Source: Eledone cirrhosa (Eukaryota). Taken from it: DNA of 64,000 bases. Numbering within the stretch: the stretch's first letter is position 1; each line of letters begins with the position of its first letter. This document shows, piece by piece, positions 1 to 13,403 of this stretch. The notes beneath the pieces were generated by a model. That model saw only the letters and a list, made by a program, of their open reading frames with translations, made no database searches and was not told the DNA's origin. The stretch spans positions 92,690,001 through 92,754,000 of the forward strand of contig OZ024742.1 in NCBI GenBank assembly GCA_964016885.1, read 5' to 3'. The position numbers were made by a program, and so were the translations under genes.

Positions 1-480
1 TACACAGATAAACAACGTACACATAGCTGCTACACAGAGAATTTACAAAGAGAATTTACAGATAAGCAGCTACACAAAGAATTTACACAGACAGCTGCAA
101 CACAAAGAATTTACACAGACAGCTGCTACACAGAGAATTTACACAGATAGTTGCTACACAAAGAATTTACACAGATAGTTGCTACACAGAGAATTCACAC
201 AGGTAGTTGCTATACAGAGAATTCACACAGATAGTTGCTATACACAGAATTCACAGATAGCTACTACAATGAGTTTTTACATGAATAAACAGTGACACTG
301 GAGTTTACAAACATGTATTCAGTGGATTTACACAGGCAGACAGCTACACGGGGGGGGGGGGGGGGGGGTTACACAGACAAACAGCTACACAACAGAGCTG
401 CATAGGATATTATACAAACAGCTACACAGGGGCTTTACACAAAGTTACAGAGGTTCTTCACAGACAGACAGCTAAACAAA
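1..480. repeat. Degenerate ~24-bp minisatellite (tacacagagaatttacacagatagttgc-like)
   Basis: Motif recurs about 10 times with divergence and decays towards 480. Confidence 0.8.
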
Positions 481-574
481 GGTTAAATAAAACCAAATCT
501 GTGTGTGTAATTATCGGTGTAAATACTCCTATTTACACAGACAGTAACACAAGTTATATAGCAAACGCATACAT

Positions 575-1020
575 GGCTGCATGGTTAAGAAGTGTACTTC
601 ACAATCATGTGGATTCAGGTTTGATTCCATAGTGTGGCAACTTTGGTTAGTGTCTTCTATTATAACCTAAGGCTGATCAATGCTTTGTGAGTGAAATTTG
701 GTGGACAGAAACGATACAGAAGTTCATACTGTATCATCATCATCATTTTTATGGGATAATGTGTGTGTGTGTGTGTGTACATGTGTGTGACTGCGTGGAC
801 ATGCCTTTACTTTGACACGGCTTGGTATTTGGTGGCGCTAGTTTATGTCTTCAAACAGAGCAGTCCAATGTGTGAAAGTTAGTGAAATAAAGTACCCTGC
901 ATAAGGTAAAGACAAGGGTTGGCATGAGGAAGGGTATCCAGCAGTAGAAAACTGACTCAAGAAGTCTTGTTCACCCCATACCTGCATATAAAAAGCAAAA
1001 ACAATGAGATGATGATGTTG
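575..1020 (+). mobile_element. Degraded tRNA-head SINE with RTE-like 3' tail
   Basis: A/B-box-like head (ggctgcatggttaag...caggtttgattcc); 3' part ggttggcatgaggaagggtatccagc...gatgatgatg matches the tail motif repeated elsewhere in the window. Confidence 0.55.
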
Positions 1021-1722
1021 ACAACATTTTAAGAATGGATCAAAATCCTGCCACCTCTGTTTCACAAACAAGCTCCATATCAACCACCATTGTCAACCAG
1101 TCTTAAACAAAAAAGAATGAATTTCAACTTGCCGACACATGCCTAAATTCTTCCTCAAGAGTTTCAGAAAGGACACACATATCATACTAATGCAAGACCA
1201 ACAATAACAGACAGTTGAGAGAACAACACAGAAATCTATATGTAGAAAGTATTAGAGACAGCTAGATACAAGGTATTACACAGGGTGACTTAAACATTCA
1301 ATAATATACAGAGTACTACAGAGGCATCTAGATTGAGAGAATTACACAGAGAACTACACAGCTACACACAGACAATATTACACATGCAGATACATAATAA
1401 TAATGAAAATTATTGTGTACAGTGTATTGTGTACATGGAGAGTGTTACACAGACAGATAGATATTACAGAGAGATACAATTAATAATATTGTGTATAGAA
1501 GGACGAAAAAATAGGATGCAAAAGTGTCTATTGTTGCAGCTTCTGGTAATGATGATAGTGGTTATGATAACAATAATAGTGATACAGATAGTGGTAGTGA
1601 TGATGGTAGAACAAATGATAATGGTGAGACTGATAATAGTGATGACGATGTTAGTGATAATAATAATAGTGTTGTTGTTACCCCAGTCCAAGTCAATCCT
1701 GATTTAGTAGATTTGTAAATTA

Positions 1723-2077
1723 CCTTATTTCCCAGTCCTCAAGGACGTACCCTAATTTTGACAACCAAAAATTTGAAAAAAAAAAAATTGTTTCTACTTT
1801 AGGCACAAGGCCAGCAATTAAACTGCATTACTGGTACTTTATTTTATCGACCCCGTAAGGATGAAAGGCAAAGTCAACCTCGGCGGGATTTGAACTCAGA
1901 TCGTAAAGGGACGTAACTATGCTGGAAAGCATGGCGTACGACCCTCTACCGATACTGCCAATCCACCGCCTAATTTGAAAAAAAATTATAAACAACCTTC
2001 AGCCTCCAGGATGCATGGTAGATTTTTGAGACTTATTTTAGGGAAAAAAGTAGCGTTTTCAACGCTGGGAAATACGG
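1723..2077. mobile_element. MITE (Tc1/mariner-pogo type) with TA target duplication, interrupted by a SINE
   Basis: TIRs ta|ccttatttcccag ... ctgggaaatacgg|ta. Confidence 0.65.
1786..1971 (-). mobile_element. tRNA-derived SINE (family A)
   Basis: Body ggtactttattttatcgaccccgtaaggatgaaaggcaaagtcaacctcggcgggatttgaactc shared with many copies; flanked by aatttgaaaaaaaa duplication. Confidence 0.8.
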
Positions 2078-2080
2078 TAA

Positions 2081-2945
2081 CCCTTTAGCATTTAAACCAG
2101 CCATATCTGGCCAGAATTCTCTCACCTCTTTCTGTTTAAAATGGCTGCAACCAGCTGCTCATACTGATGTTAAGGTATTGTTCTCAAAATAAATAATATG
2201 AAAATCTCAGATATTATGTGAAGTATTATGTGAGATAAAGCCTTTACCATGAAAATCATCATCATCATCATCACCGTTTTACGTCCGTTCTTCCATGCTA
2301 GCATGGGTTAGACGGGTTGTCCTGTTGTGGGCAGTGTCCGGTCGGCTGACCTTGTCTTGCTCATACGGGAACTGATTCTGGCGTGATTTCTACAGCTGGA
2401 TGCCCTTCCTAACACCAACCTCATTTACAGTGAGTGATGGGTGCTTTTTTTGCCGTGGCACCTCCACGACCACTTTGCAGTGGGACGGTGTGGGGACATA
2501 TTGTCTATATGCTTCAGCTTCGGCTTGTACCCGTGGGGGGTGGGGGGTCGGTTCTTCTGTATTACTGCGTGATGCCAGAGGTCACGGTCCTGTGTCATTG
2601 CCTTTGAGAGGTGTAATTGGGTAAGGTCGACTTTTATCACCTCATCCCAGGTCTTCTTCGGTCTCCCCACTCCTCGGTAACCATCAACTTCTAGTGCTCT
2701 GCACCTTTTTATGCAGCTGTCATCCTTCATACGCATCACATGTCTATACCAACGCAACCGCCTCTCCTGCACACAACATTTAATTCCTCTTATGCTCAGT
2801 CTCTCTCTCAATTCATTTATGCTTTGCCGTTCGCGTATATTACTATTACACATCCATCGGAGCATGCAGGCTTCGTTTCTTTCTAATCTATATAATAGAT
2901 TAGAAAATATAATAGTAAATATAGAGTAATGTAAATGATAAAGGG
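2081..2945. mobile_element. piggyBac-like MITE split by an RTE/SINE insertion
   Basis: ccctttagcattta ... taaatgataaaggg|ttaa; an uninterrupted relative lies at 25862-26018. Confidence 0.6.
2257..2885 (-). mobile_element. RTE-clade LINE 3' fragment with tail
   Basis: ORF 2425-2865 has RRLRWYRHVMRM...RGVGRPKKTW, typical of the RTE C-terminus; (GAT)n tail on the minus strand. Confidence 0.85.
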
Positions 2946-3099
2946 TTAAGGAATTCTAGCTGTCATTTTAGGTGGACATAGAATTCCATTATACAATACA
3001 TCCCTCTTTGTAAAATTACTAGTGTGATTTGGAGGCCATTTAATTTGGCTGCTATTTCTAGCAAGTATTGCAAGCTACATACAGAACGTTGGCTTGTTG

Positions 3100-4760
3100 A
3101 TGATGATGATAAGGAAGATAATGGGAGATTATGGCAGTTATGATGATGATGACATGATAATAGTAGTGATATATATGAGCAGATATGGAATAAAAACCAT
3201 TCAAGCCATGAGATCCCCCCCCCCCCACACACACACACTTTTTTGTAGAGGGTGCATCTAGAACTAGATTGTCTAATGTGTCCTTTCTTTTTTAAAAATA
3301 CTGCAAGATGAAGGTGATGTAATTCAAGAGGAGTTTGAGCTGCTATTTCTAGCAAAGTGGGCAAACTTGTGGAGGTTACTTGATTGGCATATGTTGATGA
3401 TGACAATGGTGATGCTGATGGTGGTGATGAAGATGGTAACAATAGTGAAGATGTTAGTGGTGATGATAGTGATATGATGATGATAGTAATGATGGTGGTG
3501 GTGGGGGTGACTACTGTGTGATGACAGTGGTATGATGATGATAACAATAAAGATGGTAATGCTAATGATGGTGATGCTGGTAATGGTGATGAAGATAATA
3601 ATTGTTTCTACTTTAGGCACAAGGCCAACAATTTGAAGGGGAGGGGAAATTATCTCAGTACATTACTGGTACTTTATTTTATCGACCCTGTAAGGATGAA
3701 AGGCAAAGTTAACCTCGGTGGTATTTGAACTCATGAAGATAATAATGATGATGCTAATGGTGGTGAAGATGGTAGTGATGATGATGCTGATATTGGTAGT
3801 GAAAGCAGAAGTGATGTTGATGATGATGATGATGGCAATAACATGGGTGTTGTGGTGATGGTAATGCTAGTAGTGGTGAAGATGGTTGTAATGAGAATTG
3901 TTTCTACTTTAGGCACAAGGCCAGCAATTATCCCAGTACATTACTGGTACTTTATTTTATCGACCCCGTAAGGATGAAAGGCAAAGTCAACCTCGGCAGG
4001 ATTTGAACTCAGATCAGAAAGGGGCGTAACTGTGTGCTGCAAAGCATGGCGTCCGACCCTCTACCGATACTGCCAAACCACTGTAATGATAATAGTAACG
4101 ATATTGAGTTGGGGGTTAAGATGGTTGAGATAATAATTATGATACTGATAGTGGTGCCGAAGATGATGGTGATGATAATGCTGGTAGCGACAGTGAATAT
4201 GGTCATGTTGATAACGTTGCTGCGATAGTGAATATGGTAATAATGATAATGGTGGATGAGCAGAATTGGTAGAGCATCACATAAAATGTCCTTATGGTAT
4301 TTGTTCTGACTCTTTACATTCTGAGTTCATATCCTGCCAAACTCAACTCTGCCTTTCATCCTTTTGGGGGTCAATAAAATAAAGTACCAGCCAAGTACTG
4401 GGGTTGATTTAATCAATTTTGGACATCCCACAATTTGCTGGCTTTGTGCCTAAATTAGCAATTAATAACGGTGATAGTGGTGATGATGATGATGATAATG
4501 ATGGGAATGGGGATGGGGATGATAGTGATAATAGCAGTGCATTGATGATGATGATGATGATGATAGTGATAGCGATGATAAGAGTATGGTGGTGGTGATG
4601 ATGGTAATGATAAGAGTATGGTGGTCATGACGACGGTAATGGCAGTGATGGTGATGATAGTGATGATGATGATGATGATGGTGGTGGTAATGGCCATGAT
4701 AATAATGATGTTGATGATGGTGGTGGTGGAGTGGTGAAAAGGGTAATGGAGATGAAGCTA
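3100..4760. repeat. Low-complexity (GAT/GGT)n region with embedded family A SINE copies (3600-3730, 3897-4083, 4250-4455)
   Basis: Trinucleotide low complexity; same SINE body as 1786-1971. Confidence 0.75.
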
Positions 4761-5028
4761 CTAGTAACCAATCAATATGTTCCATGCTGTGTTATGTCTC
4801 GGAGAAGGCATGGAGTGAAGTGGATTCCATTCTAGTTAGAGTTGCAAAGGAATTGAAAGAATGGAAGTCTGGATCTAAAAAGTCTTGGCTGACTGGTGTA
4901 TGTGTGTATGTGTATGTGTGTGTGGTGTGTGGTGTGTGTGAGGGTATTACTGAGTGAGTGTATTTGAAAAATTTGCATGAACTGATGCATTGGATGACTT
5001 CTGTATACATGTCTGTGAGAGTTTGTGC

Positions 5029-5063
<35 letters not shown>

Positions 5064-5065
<2 letters not shown>

Positions 5066-5163
5066 AGGTGTCCCCAAAAGATGTATACATACTTTGATTA
5101 CCTGTACAGGCTATATCTATTAAAATGCTGTTAAAGTGTGTATACATTTTTGGTGACACCCTG
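5064..5163. mobile_element. 100-bp Tc1/mariner-type MITE in a TA tract
   Basis: ~31-bp imperfect TIRs caaggtgtccccaaaagatgtatacatacttt / aaagtgtgtatacatttttggtgacaccctg. Confidence 0.7.
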
Positions 5164-5174
5164 TGTGTACACAC

Positions 5175-5218
<44 letters not shown>

Positions 5219-5397
5219 CCTTGCTAACAGGGAAAGCAGATGTTAAAACGACAACAACATATATATGTGCATGTGTAGATTATGTATGTATATACATATA
5301 TGTACTTGTGTTTGCATATATATAAATATATATATGTTTATATATATATATAAACTTATTGCGTTTTTTTTCTATTATATACACTCTGCCTGTATGA

Positions 5398-5431
<34 letters not shown>

Positions 5432-7367
5432 TCCTGACTTGGCTAGCCACATAACGTGACAACCCATCTAACCCATGCTAGCATGGAAAATAGATGTTAA
5501 ACAGCAATGGTTACAAACAAAAAGACTCCTATGTACAATAAACACACACACATATACATATATACATATAAACACACACACACACATAAATTCACACACA
5601 TATATATATATTGCAAATTCTGACTCAGTCTGTAGAATTGGCATGTAACATCTTGTGGCAATATAGTGTACAAGATGTTGATAATTAAGGGGGAGATGGA
5701 GATAAGGTGGAACCAATTATAGCAGCTACATCACCATATGTGTGTGTGTGAATGTGTGTATGAATGTGTGTATGTGTGTATGCATCTGTGTGTTTGTGTG
5801 TACATGTGTGTATGTGTATGAGCACATATGCAGGTGACTATGTACATGTAAGCAATGTGTGCATGTATGTGAGGATTGTATGTGTATGTGTGTGTGTGTT
5901 GTATGCATACATGCAAGTGAGTGCATGTGAGCAGTTATGTTTATGTATATGAAGTACTGTGCATGAAGTGTTGCGTATGTGTGTTTTGTGCATCTGTGTG
6001 TTTTATTACTTTGTGTTTCTATATGTGAACATGTATATGTCTGAATGTATGCGTGTCTGCATGTGAGCAATTATGTGTGTGAGAGAGAGTTGTTTATGTG
6101 TAGGCTTGTGTGTGTGTGTGTGAGTGTGGATATGTATGCAAATGAGAGTGTTTGTTGGGAGGAATTGAATATGTAACTTATTACTGTGTATAATTGCTCA
6201 CATGCAGACATACATTCAGATATTCAGACTGTGCATATGCATATTTTTAATTATGTGTGTATGCAAATATGAGTGCGTATGCATGTGTGAATGAGTGTGC
6301 ACATGTGCAAGAATGTATCTTTGGAATATATCTGAGCATATATATTTTCATGTCAGTGTATCTGTATGAATGACTGCATGCGTGAGTATACACACACACA
6401 CACATGTATGTATATAAATATATTCTAAGGATGTGTAAGTATCTAAGTATATGCTTGTAGATATTGTATTATAAGGATGTGAATGTGTGTGTTTGTGAGT
6501 ACATATGTGTGCATTTGTGGATACATATATATATATATATATATACATGTATTCTAAGAGTATGAATGCCTAATTACATGTTTGTGTGTGTGTGTGTATA
6601 TATATATACATGTGCAGTTTAATACAGGGACAATACCATTATCAGCTACATAACATGCCACGCCTGTTGGTTTGGCATCAGTCTAAAGTGATGGGGAAAA
6701 AAGGGGACAGTTAAGTTTGGGTCTCTGACTAACAGGGAGCAGAGGGAGAGAGATGAACAAGTGAGGTGTGAAGCTGACAGAAATATGGCTGTCAGGAAAG
6801 AACAGGGATTCTTGCAGAGAAAAGATGAGCTGTTCATATGTTTCAGGTTTTCAGTTAAAATATTCCCTAAAGGACTGTGTTGCTTGCTGGATTGGTTGGG
6901 TAAATAGACAGATACTTGCACTATGGGTTTGTGTGATAAAGACACTAAACATGCACCAAATAAAGAACTCATATACTGTTATATAGAGTCACTACAATCA
7001 ATCTTTGTTATTAAAAGAGACTTTTACTTCAAAATTTCACACAGGTTATCATCTTATCATAGATATAGATTGATAGATAGATAGATAAGTAGGTAGATAG
7101 ATAGATAGACAGACAGACAGATGAGCAGATAAGCAGGTAGATAAATAGCTAGGTAGGTAGGTCATAGTTAGAGATAGAAAAACAAAAAAGAGAGTGGAAG
7201 TAGTTGTATGGAAAGACAGAATAAGACATACATATAGAAAATTAGTTAGACAGGGATAGCTTGGAAGCTAAGCAGAGACAGTCAAAGGGTTAAATAAGCA
7301 AACAACTTCAAATACAGGCAGATACATGGACAGAGGTTAGTATGTAGATATCTCTCTCTCTGTCTCA

Positions 7368-7402
<35 letters not shown>

Positions 7403-7554
7403 CTTGTGTTGCCTGTCATATGAAGGGTAACTTCGGGAGTATGCATTTGTCACTGGGTAAATGAATTAAAATGTATATGTATTATAATATACACATCATA
7501 CTGAATTTAAAATATTTGTTTCCATGCCAAATATATTATGAATTATATCATTAC

Positions 7555-8790
7555 CATCGTTTTTTCATCCATTTTTCCATGCTTGCATGGTTTGGGTGGG
7601 TCCTTCTCAGCACAGTATCTCTCCACTCACTGTGTTTCTTTGTCATTTCCTTGTTGGGGATAGTTTCTTTTCCATCCATTTATTCTCTACATACATCAAT
7701 CTCTCATAGTAATATTTCCAGGCCTCTTTCTTTGGGGAATCTGGTGCTAAGTGCACCTGTGTCATTCCTAACACATTTTCCCCCAACAATATCTCAATTT
7801 ACACTAACACATTGCTATGCAAAACACTTCACATCTGATCCTCATGTTTCAAAACATTGGCAAACTTTCTTTTTTCAGCCTCTCTCCGAGCTGTATATAC
7901 CTTCGTCTATTTTCTCTCTTAACTACCTGGTACTGGTCTTTGCTACCCCCATTTTTCCAGTCTTTCCATGCATATCTCTTGAATTTAATGGCTCTATCTA
8001 CACTTCTGTTCCACCACCAGGTCATCTTCTGTCTGGTTGGTGCTTTACTTCAACCACAAGTCTCATCAGTGGTTTGAAAAGGTTGTCAAGTAGGAATTTC
8101 CAGTTGTCCTCTATGTTATATGTTCCTAGTTCATCACCCCTTTCATCTACTGCATCCTGTTGAGCCTTTTTAAACCTATATTTAACTGAAAGGTCCTTTA
8201 GCTTCCAAACCCTCCATCTCCATATTTTCCTGCATATCTTGTTCTGTCTTGTATTTATTTTGATGTCACTAATAACTAATTTATGTTGGGCAGTGCATTC
8301 TTGCCCAGGGAAGCCCTTAATGTTTATTACAGTCCATTTATCTTGTCTTATGAGTAAATAATCAATTTGGCTTGTGTATTGACCTGATTGATATGAAATC
8401 AGATTTCTTGAAATTTGTGTTGCAGATGGTTAGTTCATTCGTGTCACAAAATTCCAAGAGCCTTCATCCTCTTCATTTCTTGAGCCATAACTTATAGCCA
8501 CCGTTAACTCCACAGAATCTGTCCAGGTACTGTCCCACATGTCCAATGAAGTTTCTGCCAGGATGATGATGTCTCATTCATCAGTCCCTGAAGTTGCCTG
8601 TAAAAGTTCCTCATAGAACCTGTCCTTTTGGTCTTTAATTAGACCTGCCTGTGAAGCACAGGTAGATGTAATTGTCACCATTCTATTTCTTACAGCTATT
8701 CTAAGCTTGATGATTCTGTCACTTACTCTAACTACTATCACCTTATCTACCTATTTATCAGCTAGTAAGATGCCTACACCTCCTACCTAT
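7555..8790 (-). pseudogene. Degraded RTE LINE, AP-endonuclease region
   Basis: Minus strand near 8690-8790 reads GVGILLADK.VDKVIVVSRVSDRIIKLRI; the rest is broken by stops and frameshifts. Confidence 0.7.
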
Positions 8791-9107
8791 CATCATTCAT
8801 CATTTCATTTTACGTCCGCTTTTTCCCTGCTTGCAAGGGTGGGACGAGAACTGATGCTGACTTGATTTCTACAGCTGGATGCCCTTCCTAACACCAACCT
8901 CATTTACAGTGAGTGCTGGGTGCTTTTTTGCAGTGGCATCTACACGACCACTTTGCAGTGGAATGATATGGACCCCAGTCCCTATCATCTCATTTCTACA
9001 GCTGAGTAAACTGGAGCAATGTGAAATAAAGTGTCTTGCTCAAGGAAACAACACATCACCCGGTCTGAGAATTGAACTAACACATCACCCGGTCTGAGAA
9101 TTGAACT
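8790..9107 (-). mobile_element. SINE fragments with RTE-type tail; 29-bp tandem duplication at 9050-9107
   Basis: gatgcccttcctaacaccaacc motif shared with 2400, 20590 and 30500. Confidence 0.6.
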
Positions 9108-11289
9108 ATATATATATATAATTCATATGTTGTATCTATAATAGATTATGTTTCCAATTTCATTTCAAAGTTATTATTACATATACTAGCAGAAAAACCA
9201 CCCTTCGGTGGTTTTCTGCTAGCATGTGGAGTGTGCATATTGCTATTATACGCAAGTATATATACATGTAGATATGATACCTCAAATAAAATCGTAATTG
9301 ACAATCTACACAGAAATTGAACGAAGACTGCGTTACACTCTCTTATGTAATCAGTAACGTAATCCATGATACATTAAAAAAAAATGATAATTAGTGACAG
9401 AAATATATGAATATTTATTTAAGCGATCGTTAACCGGAAGTGTTGAAAATTTTGTGAATCTTTAAATAAGCAATAAAATATATTTAATCAACAGCTACGA
9501 AATTTAGTAGATAAATTATGTAATATTCATTCATTATTTATTCAAAGTAATCCAACTTATTTTACAAACGGGATAAAAAAATATATTCTGGACGCAGTCC
9601 CACACTCCTTTCTTTATGATAGTTAAGATTGATGATAGCAGAATAATAATTTCTACTATAGACACAAAGCCAACAGTTTGAGGAGACTGGAAAGTCAATT
9701 AAATCAACCCCAGTAATTGACTGATATTTTATTTTATTAACCCCAGAAAGTTGAAAAGCAAAGTTAACCCTGAACATAAAAGGCTGTAATTATATGCTAC
9801 AAAGCATTTTGTCCAATGCTCTACCAATACTGCCAATTCACTGCCCTATAATATTTGTATAATAGAAATGTAACAATCATGTTCCGAATGCTAATATTTA
9901 TGAAGATGTTTGCGTTTACCGTGTTTTCTCAGCAAATGGCAATTACATGTGCGTGAGTGTGTGTGTATGTGAGTGTGTGCACGTGAGTGTATACACATAT
10001 ATAGCAAGTACTCATTACTGTTATGTAGAGAGGAATAGTATGTATTCAAAAGCTAAAACTATGTAAGACAGTAATCCGAGTTTCTCATTCCCTAAACGCA
10101 GATGATTCAGGATCAAGAAGAAGCACAAGAAATAGAAATTTGAGTTTGCAGAGAGGCCCAGGAATCTGTATATGTTCTTATACTTACTACCATGAAATCT
10201 TTATGGTATCAGTCCAGTCCTACAAGTGGACACTGAGACAGGCAGACATAGATAGATAGCCTGATGAATGGATAATCAGATAAGAGCAAAGTAAGATCAT
10301 AAAGTCAGATAAACCGTAGACAGAGAGATGTAGATAGAGTATGTGGTAAATATGAATGAATAAATAATAAGGTATGACTAATATATCATGATAAATATTT
10401 TTGCAGGTGGGGAATAATATAGTGAATACCAAAACTAATATGTAGAATGGGCCCCTGTTGGCTTTGATGATGAGTGTTCCATCGATCAATGGAACAGCCT
10501 GTTTATATTAACATATAAGTGACTGAGCATTCAACAGACACATGTCCTCTTTATGTAATTAGCAAGGAGATTCAGTGTGGCAATGTGACAAGGCTGGCCC
10601 TTTGAATTACAAGTACAGTCTATCCAAACAGTTTCCATCTACCCAATTTCACTCACAAGGAATGGGCTGACTCAAGGAAATGACTTTTGCCCAAGATGCC
10701 ACACAGTGGGATCGAACAAAGGGGCTTAATGATTGAAAAGTGAACTTCTTCAATATTTGGCCATACTGCATCCAAAATATGATGCAGTGGATAGAAAGCT
10801 CAATGGAAAGAGGAAAAAAGTCAATTATGAAATGAGACCAAAGAAACCATGGTCTGAACTCCAATGGTTGCAGAAGAAACACTGCTTTATAAGTGACAGG
10901 AGATGGGATTTGAACTCAAAACACATAACTAGAATGGATACTGCAAAGTATCTCATCTAATTCAATCAGTCCCCACACACACACTTGATTAGTACTTTAT
11001 TTAATGATCCTAAAAGGATGAAAAGCAAAGTTGACCTCAAAGAGCAAAGAGCCAGAACAAATGCATTTAAACTAATGCTCTCTTGACGGCCATTTCACCA
11101 CCAAAGATAGTTAAAGCTGAACATCAACTTTATGAATCTCACCAGTCTCAGTGGGGTTAAGTAGGCCATGGGCACTGCCCCCCACCTCCTGTTGATTAAA
11201 ACCATTAACATTGAGTGATTAGTGGTAAAAAAGAGAGCAGCCAACTGTAACAATATGCAAATGTTCAAAACTATCTCCCTAAAGCTGCT

Positions 11290-11580
11290 CCAAATGAAAT
11301 ATAGTAAAAAGAGAGACAAGGAGAGAGAGGGGGAGTGAAAAAGAGAATAAACTGGCAAGAGGAAGAGTGAGGGAGAGAAGGATAAACTGACAAAAGAGAG
11401 AGAGAGAGTGAGGGGGGAAGAAAGGAGAGAAGTATAAACTGACAAGACAGAGTGAAAGGGAGAGAGAGAGAAAAGAGGACAAAATGGTAAGAGAGAAGGA
11501 GAAAGAGAAAAGGAGAGAATAAATTGGCAAGAGAGAGGGGGAGAGAGGAGACAAGGATAAACTGGCAAGAGGAGAGAGAC
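11290..11580. repeat. Purine-rich degenerate minisatellite (ataaactggcaagag + GA repeats)
   Basis: Motif recurs about 5 times. Confidence 0.6.
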
Positions 11581-11819
11581 AATGTATGTGTAGATGTATA
11601 TTTCTACTTCTCTCTCTCATGGCTTGTAATTCTTTGTGTGTTATTTTCTCTCAATCTCAACTCCCCCCCTCTCTCAACTCTCCCAATGCAATTTTCTCTC
11701 CCACTTGCTGTTATATTCTCTCAATAACACCCTCCTCTACTGCTATTAACCTATCTCCCCCCTCACTCACTGTGGCTACTACTCATCCTCTCTCCCTGTC
11801 ACAACTTGCCATATATACA

Positions 11820-11869
<50 letters not shown>

Positions 11870-12241
11870 CACACACATATATATATATATATATATACAT
11901 ATATATAGTAATAATAATAAATTTGAAGACTAAAATCCAAAGAGGGCTCGATAAGGAGAAATATATATCAAATATATAAGAACCGTAGAGCAAATATTTA
12001 TTAAAATAACAGATTAAAGTTTAAGCAAAGAATCGCTGCTTTCACCCTTAACGGGATCTTCTGAAACTAACAAAGTCAATCTGTAAACGCAGAACTGGAT
12101 ATTTCAAAAAACGTTGCAACCGGAGGAAGACAGGAAGACGATACTTTGGTTCGTGGAAATGTTCGCTATGCAAATAAGTAAAGGAATAAACAAAAACTTA
12201 GCTCCCACATCAAGACATAAAATATCCACGTATAGATCGTA

Positions 12242-12830
12242 CTATCCGTTAGGGTATAACGTGGGGCTGTAGTACAGGAAAGTTTTGTGCAATTTATGTT
12301 TACAAGCCGAAATTGCCTCAGATTTTTTGTTTAAGATGTGGTCTGTGGTGTAGAGTATTTCCAGGGCCTCAGCGGCGCAGCGGTCACATGGTCTTTTATT
12401 TCCGTTATACGATCTAGCCCTAGCTAGGATCTCCCAGTGTAACTTATATTGGGTGTGGTTGTCTTTTAGACTCCAGATATAAGCTGAAAGTGACGTCATA
12501 TTCCTTCTTAGAGGGTAACGAAAAGAATGGGTATGCATGTAAAGACGCTGCTTGAAACTATTGGCGGTTAACCCTATGTAGGCCCTACGGGACGTGGGTG
12601 TTACAACCTTACATTTGTAGACAATGTTACTAGAGAGGCATTTCCCAGATAGGGGGCAATCAGCCCAATTCCTACAATTACAGTTAGTACTAACTACAGA
12701 GTTGCACGTGTTCCTACGGCTAGGTAGTTTAGCTAAATTTGAAGCTGTGATGTTATGTGCAAGGTTAGGAGTCGTAGAGTAAGAAATTTTAATAGTATTT
12801 CTATTAAAAATTTTACTATATTTATGTGTA
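12242..12830 (-). pseudogene. PLE C-terminal Cys linker + GIY-YIG endonuclease fragment
   Basis: HKYSKIFNRNTIKISYSTTPNL...CNCRNWADCPLSGKCLSSNIVYKC...AYIGLTANSFKQR; collinear with the C-terminus of 60301-62400. Confidence 0.9.
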
Positions 12831-13321
12831 GTTTCAAGCAGCGTCTTTACATGCATACCCATTCTTTTCATTACCCTCTAAGAAGGAATATGACGTCACT
12901 TTTAGCTTATATCTGGAGTCTAAAAGACAACCACACCCAATATAAGTTACACTGAGAGATCCTAGCTAGGGCTAGATCGTATAATGGAAATAAAAGACCA
13001 TGTGACCTCTGCGCCGCTGAGGCCCTGGAAATACTCTACGCCACAGACCACATCTTAAACAAAAAAATCTGAGGCAATTTCGGCTTGCAAACATAAATTG
13101 CACAAAACTTTCCTGTACTACAGCCCCACGTTATACCCTAACGGATAGTACGATCTATACGTGGATATTTTACGTCTTGATGTGGGAGCTAAGTTTTTGT
13201 TTATTCCTTTACTTATTTGCATAGCGAACGTTTCCACGAACCAAAGTATCGTCTTCCTGTCTTCCTCCGGCTGCAACGTTTTTTGAAATATCCAGTTCTG
13301 CGTTTACAGATTGACTTTGTT

Positions 13322-13372
13322 AGTTTCAGAAGATCCTGTTAAGGGTGAAAGCAGCGATTCTTTGCTTAAACT
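13322..13372 (+). ncRNA. Variant type I hammerhead-like motif in the PLE 3' region (mirror copy at 12018-12068, minus strand)
   Basis: agttt CAGAAGA stemII GAAA gca..tgc TT aaact; core has U4->A. Confidence 0.5.
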
Positions 13373-13403
13373 TTAATCTGTTATTTTAATAAATATACAT
13401 ATA

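Larger units (their letters stand above)
11909..13397. mobile_element. Penelope-like element 3' fragments in inverted (palindromic) arrangement
   Basis: Left arm is minus sense (GIY-YIG ORF plus 3' UTR); 12830-13397 is a plus-sense near-identical reverse complement of ~11995-12560. Confidence 0.9.

Noticed and set aside
1333-4785. Poly-His/Ser/Ile/Asp ORFs
   Set aside because: Low-complexity (GAT/GGT)n repeats
10102-10167. Possible host exon after tttctcattccctaaacgcag
   Set aside because: Weak donor (gtatat), no recognisable peptide, no supporting neighbouring exons
12950-12958. In-frame TGA in the plus-sense PLE arm as a selenocysteine codon
   Set aside because: The mirror arm has TGG (Trp) at this position, so it is a simple point mutation
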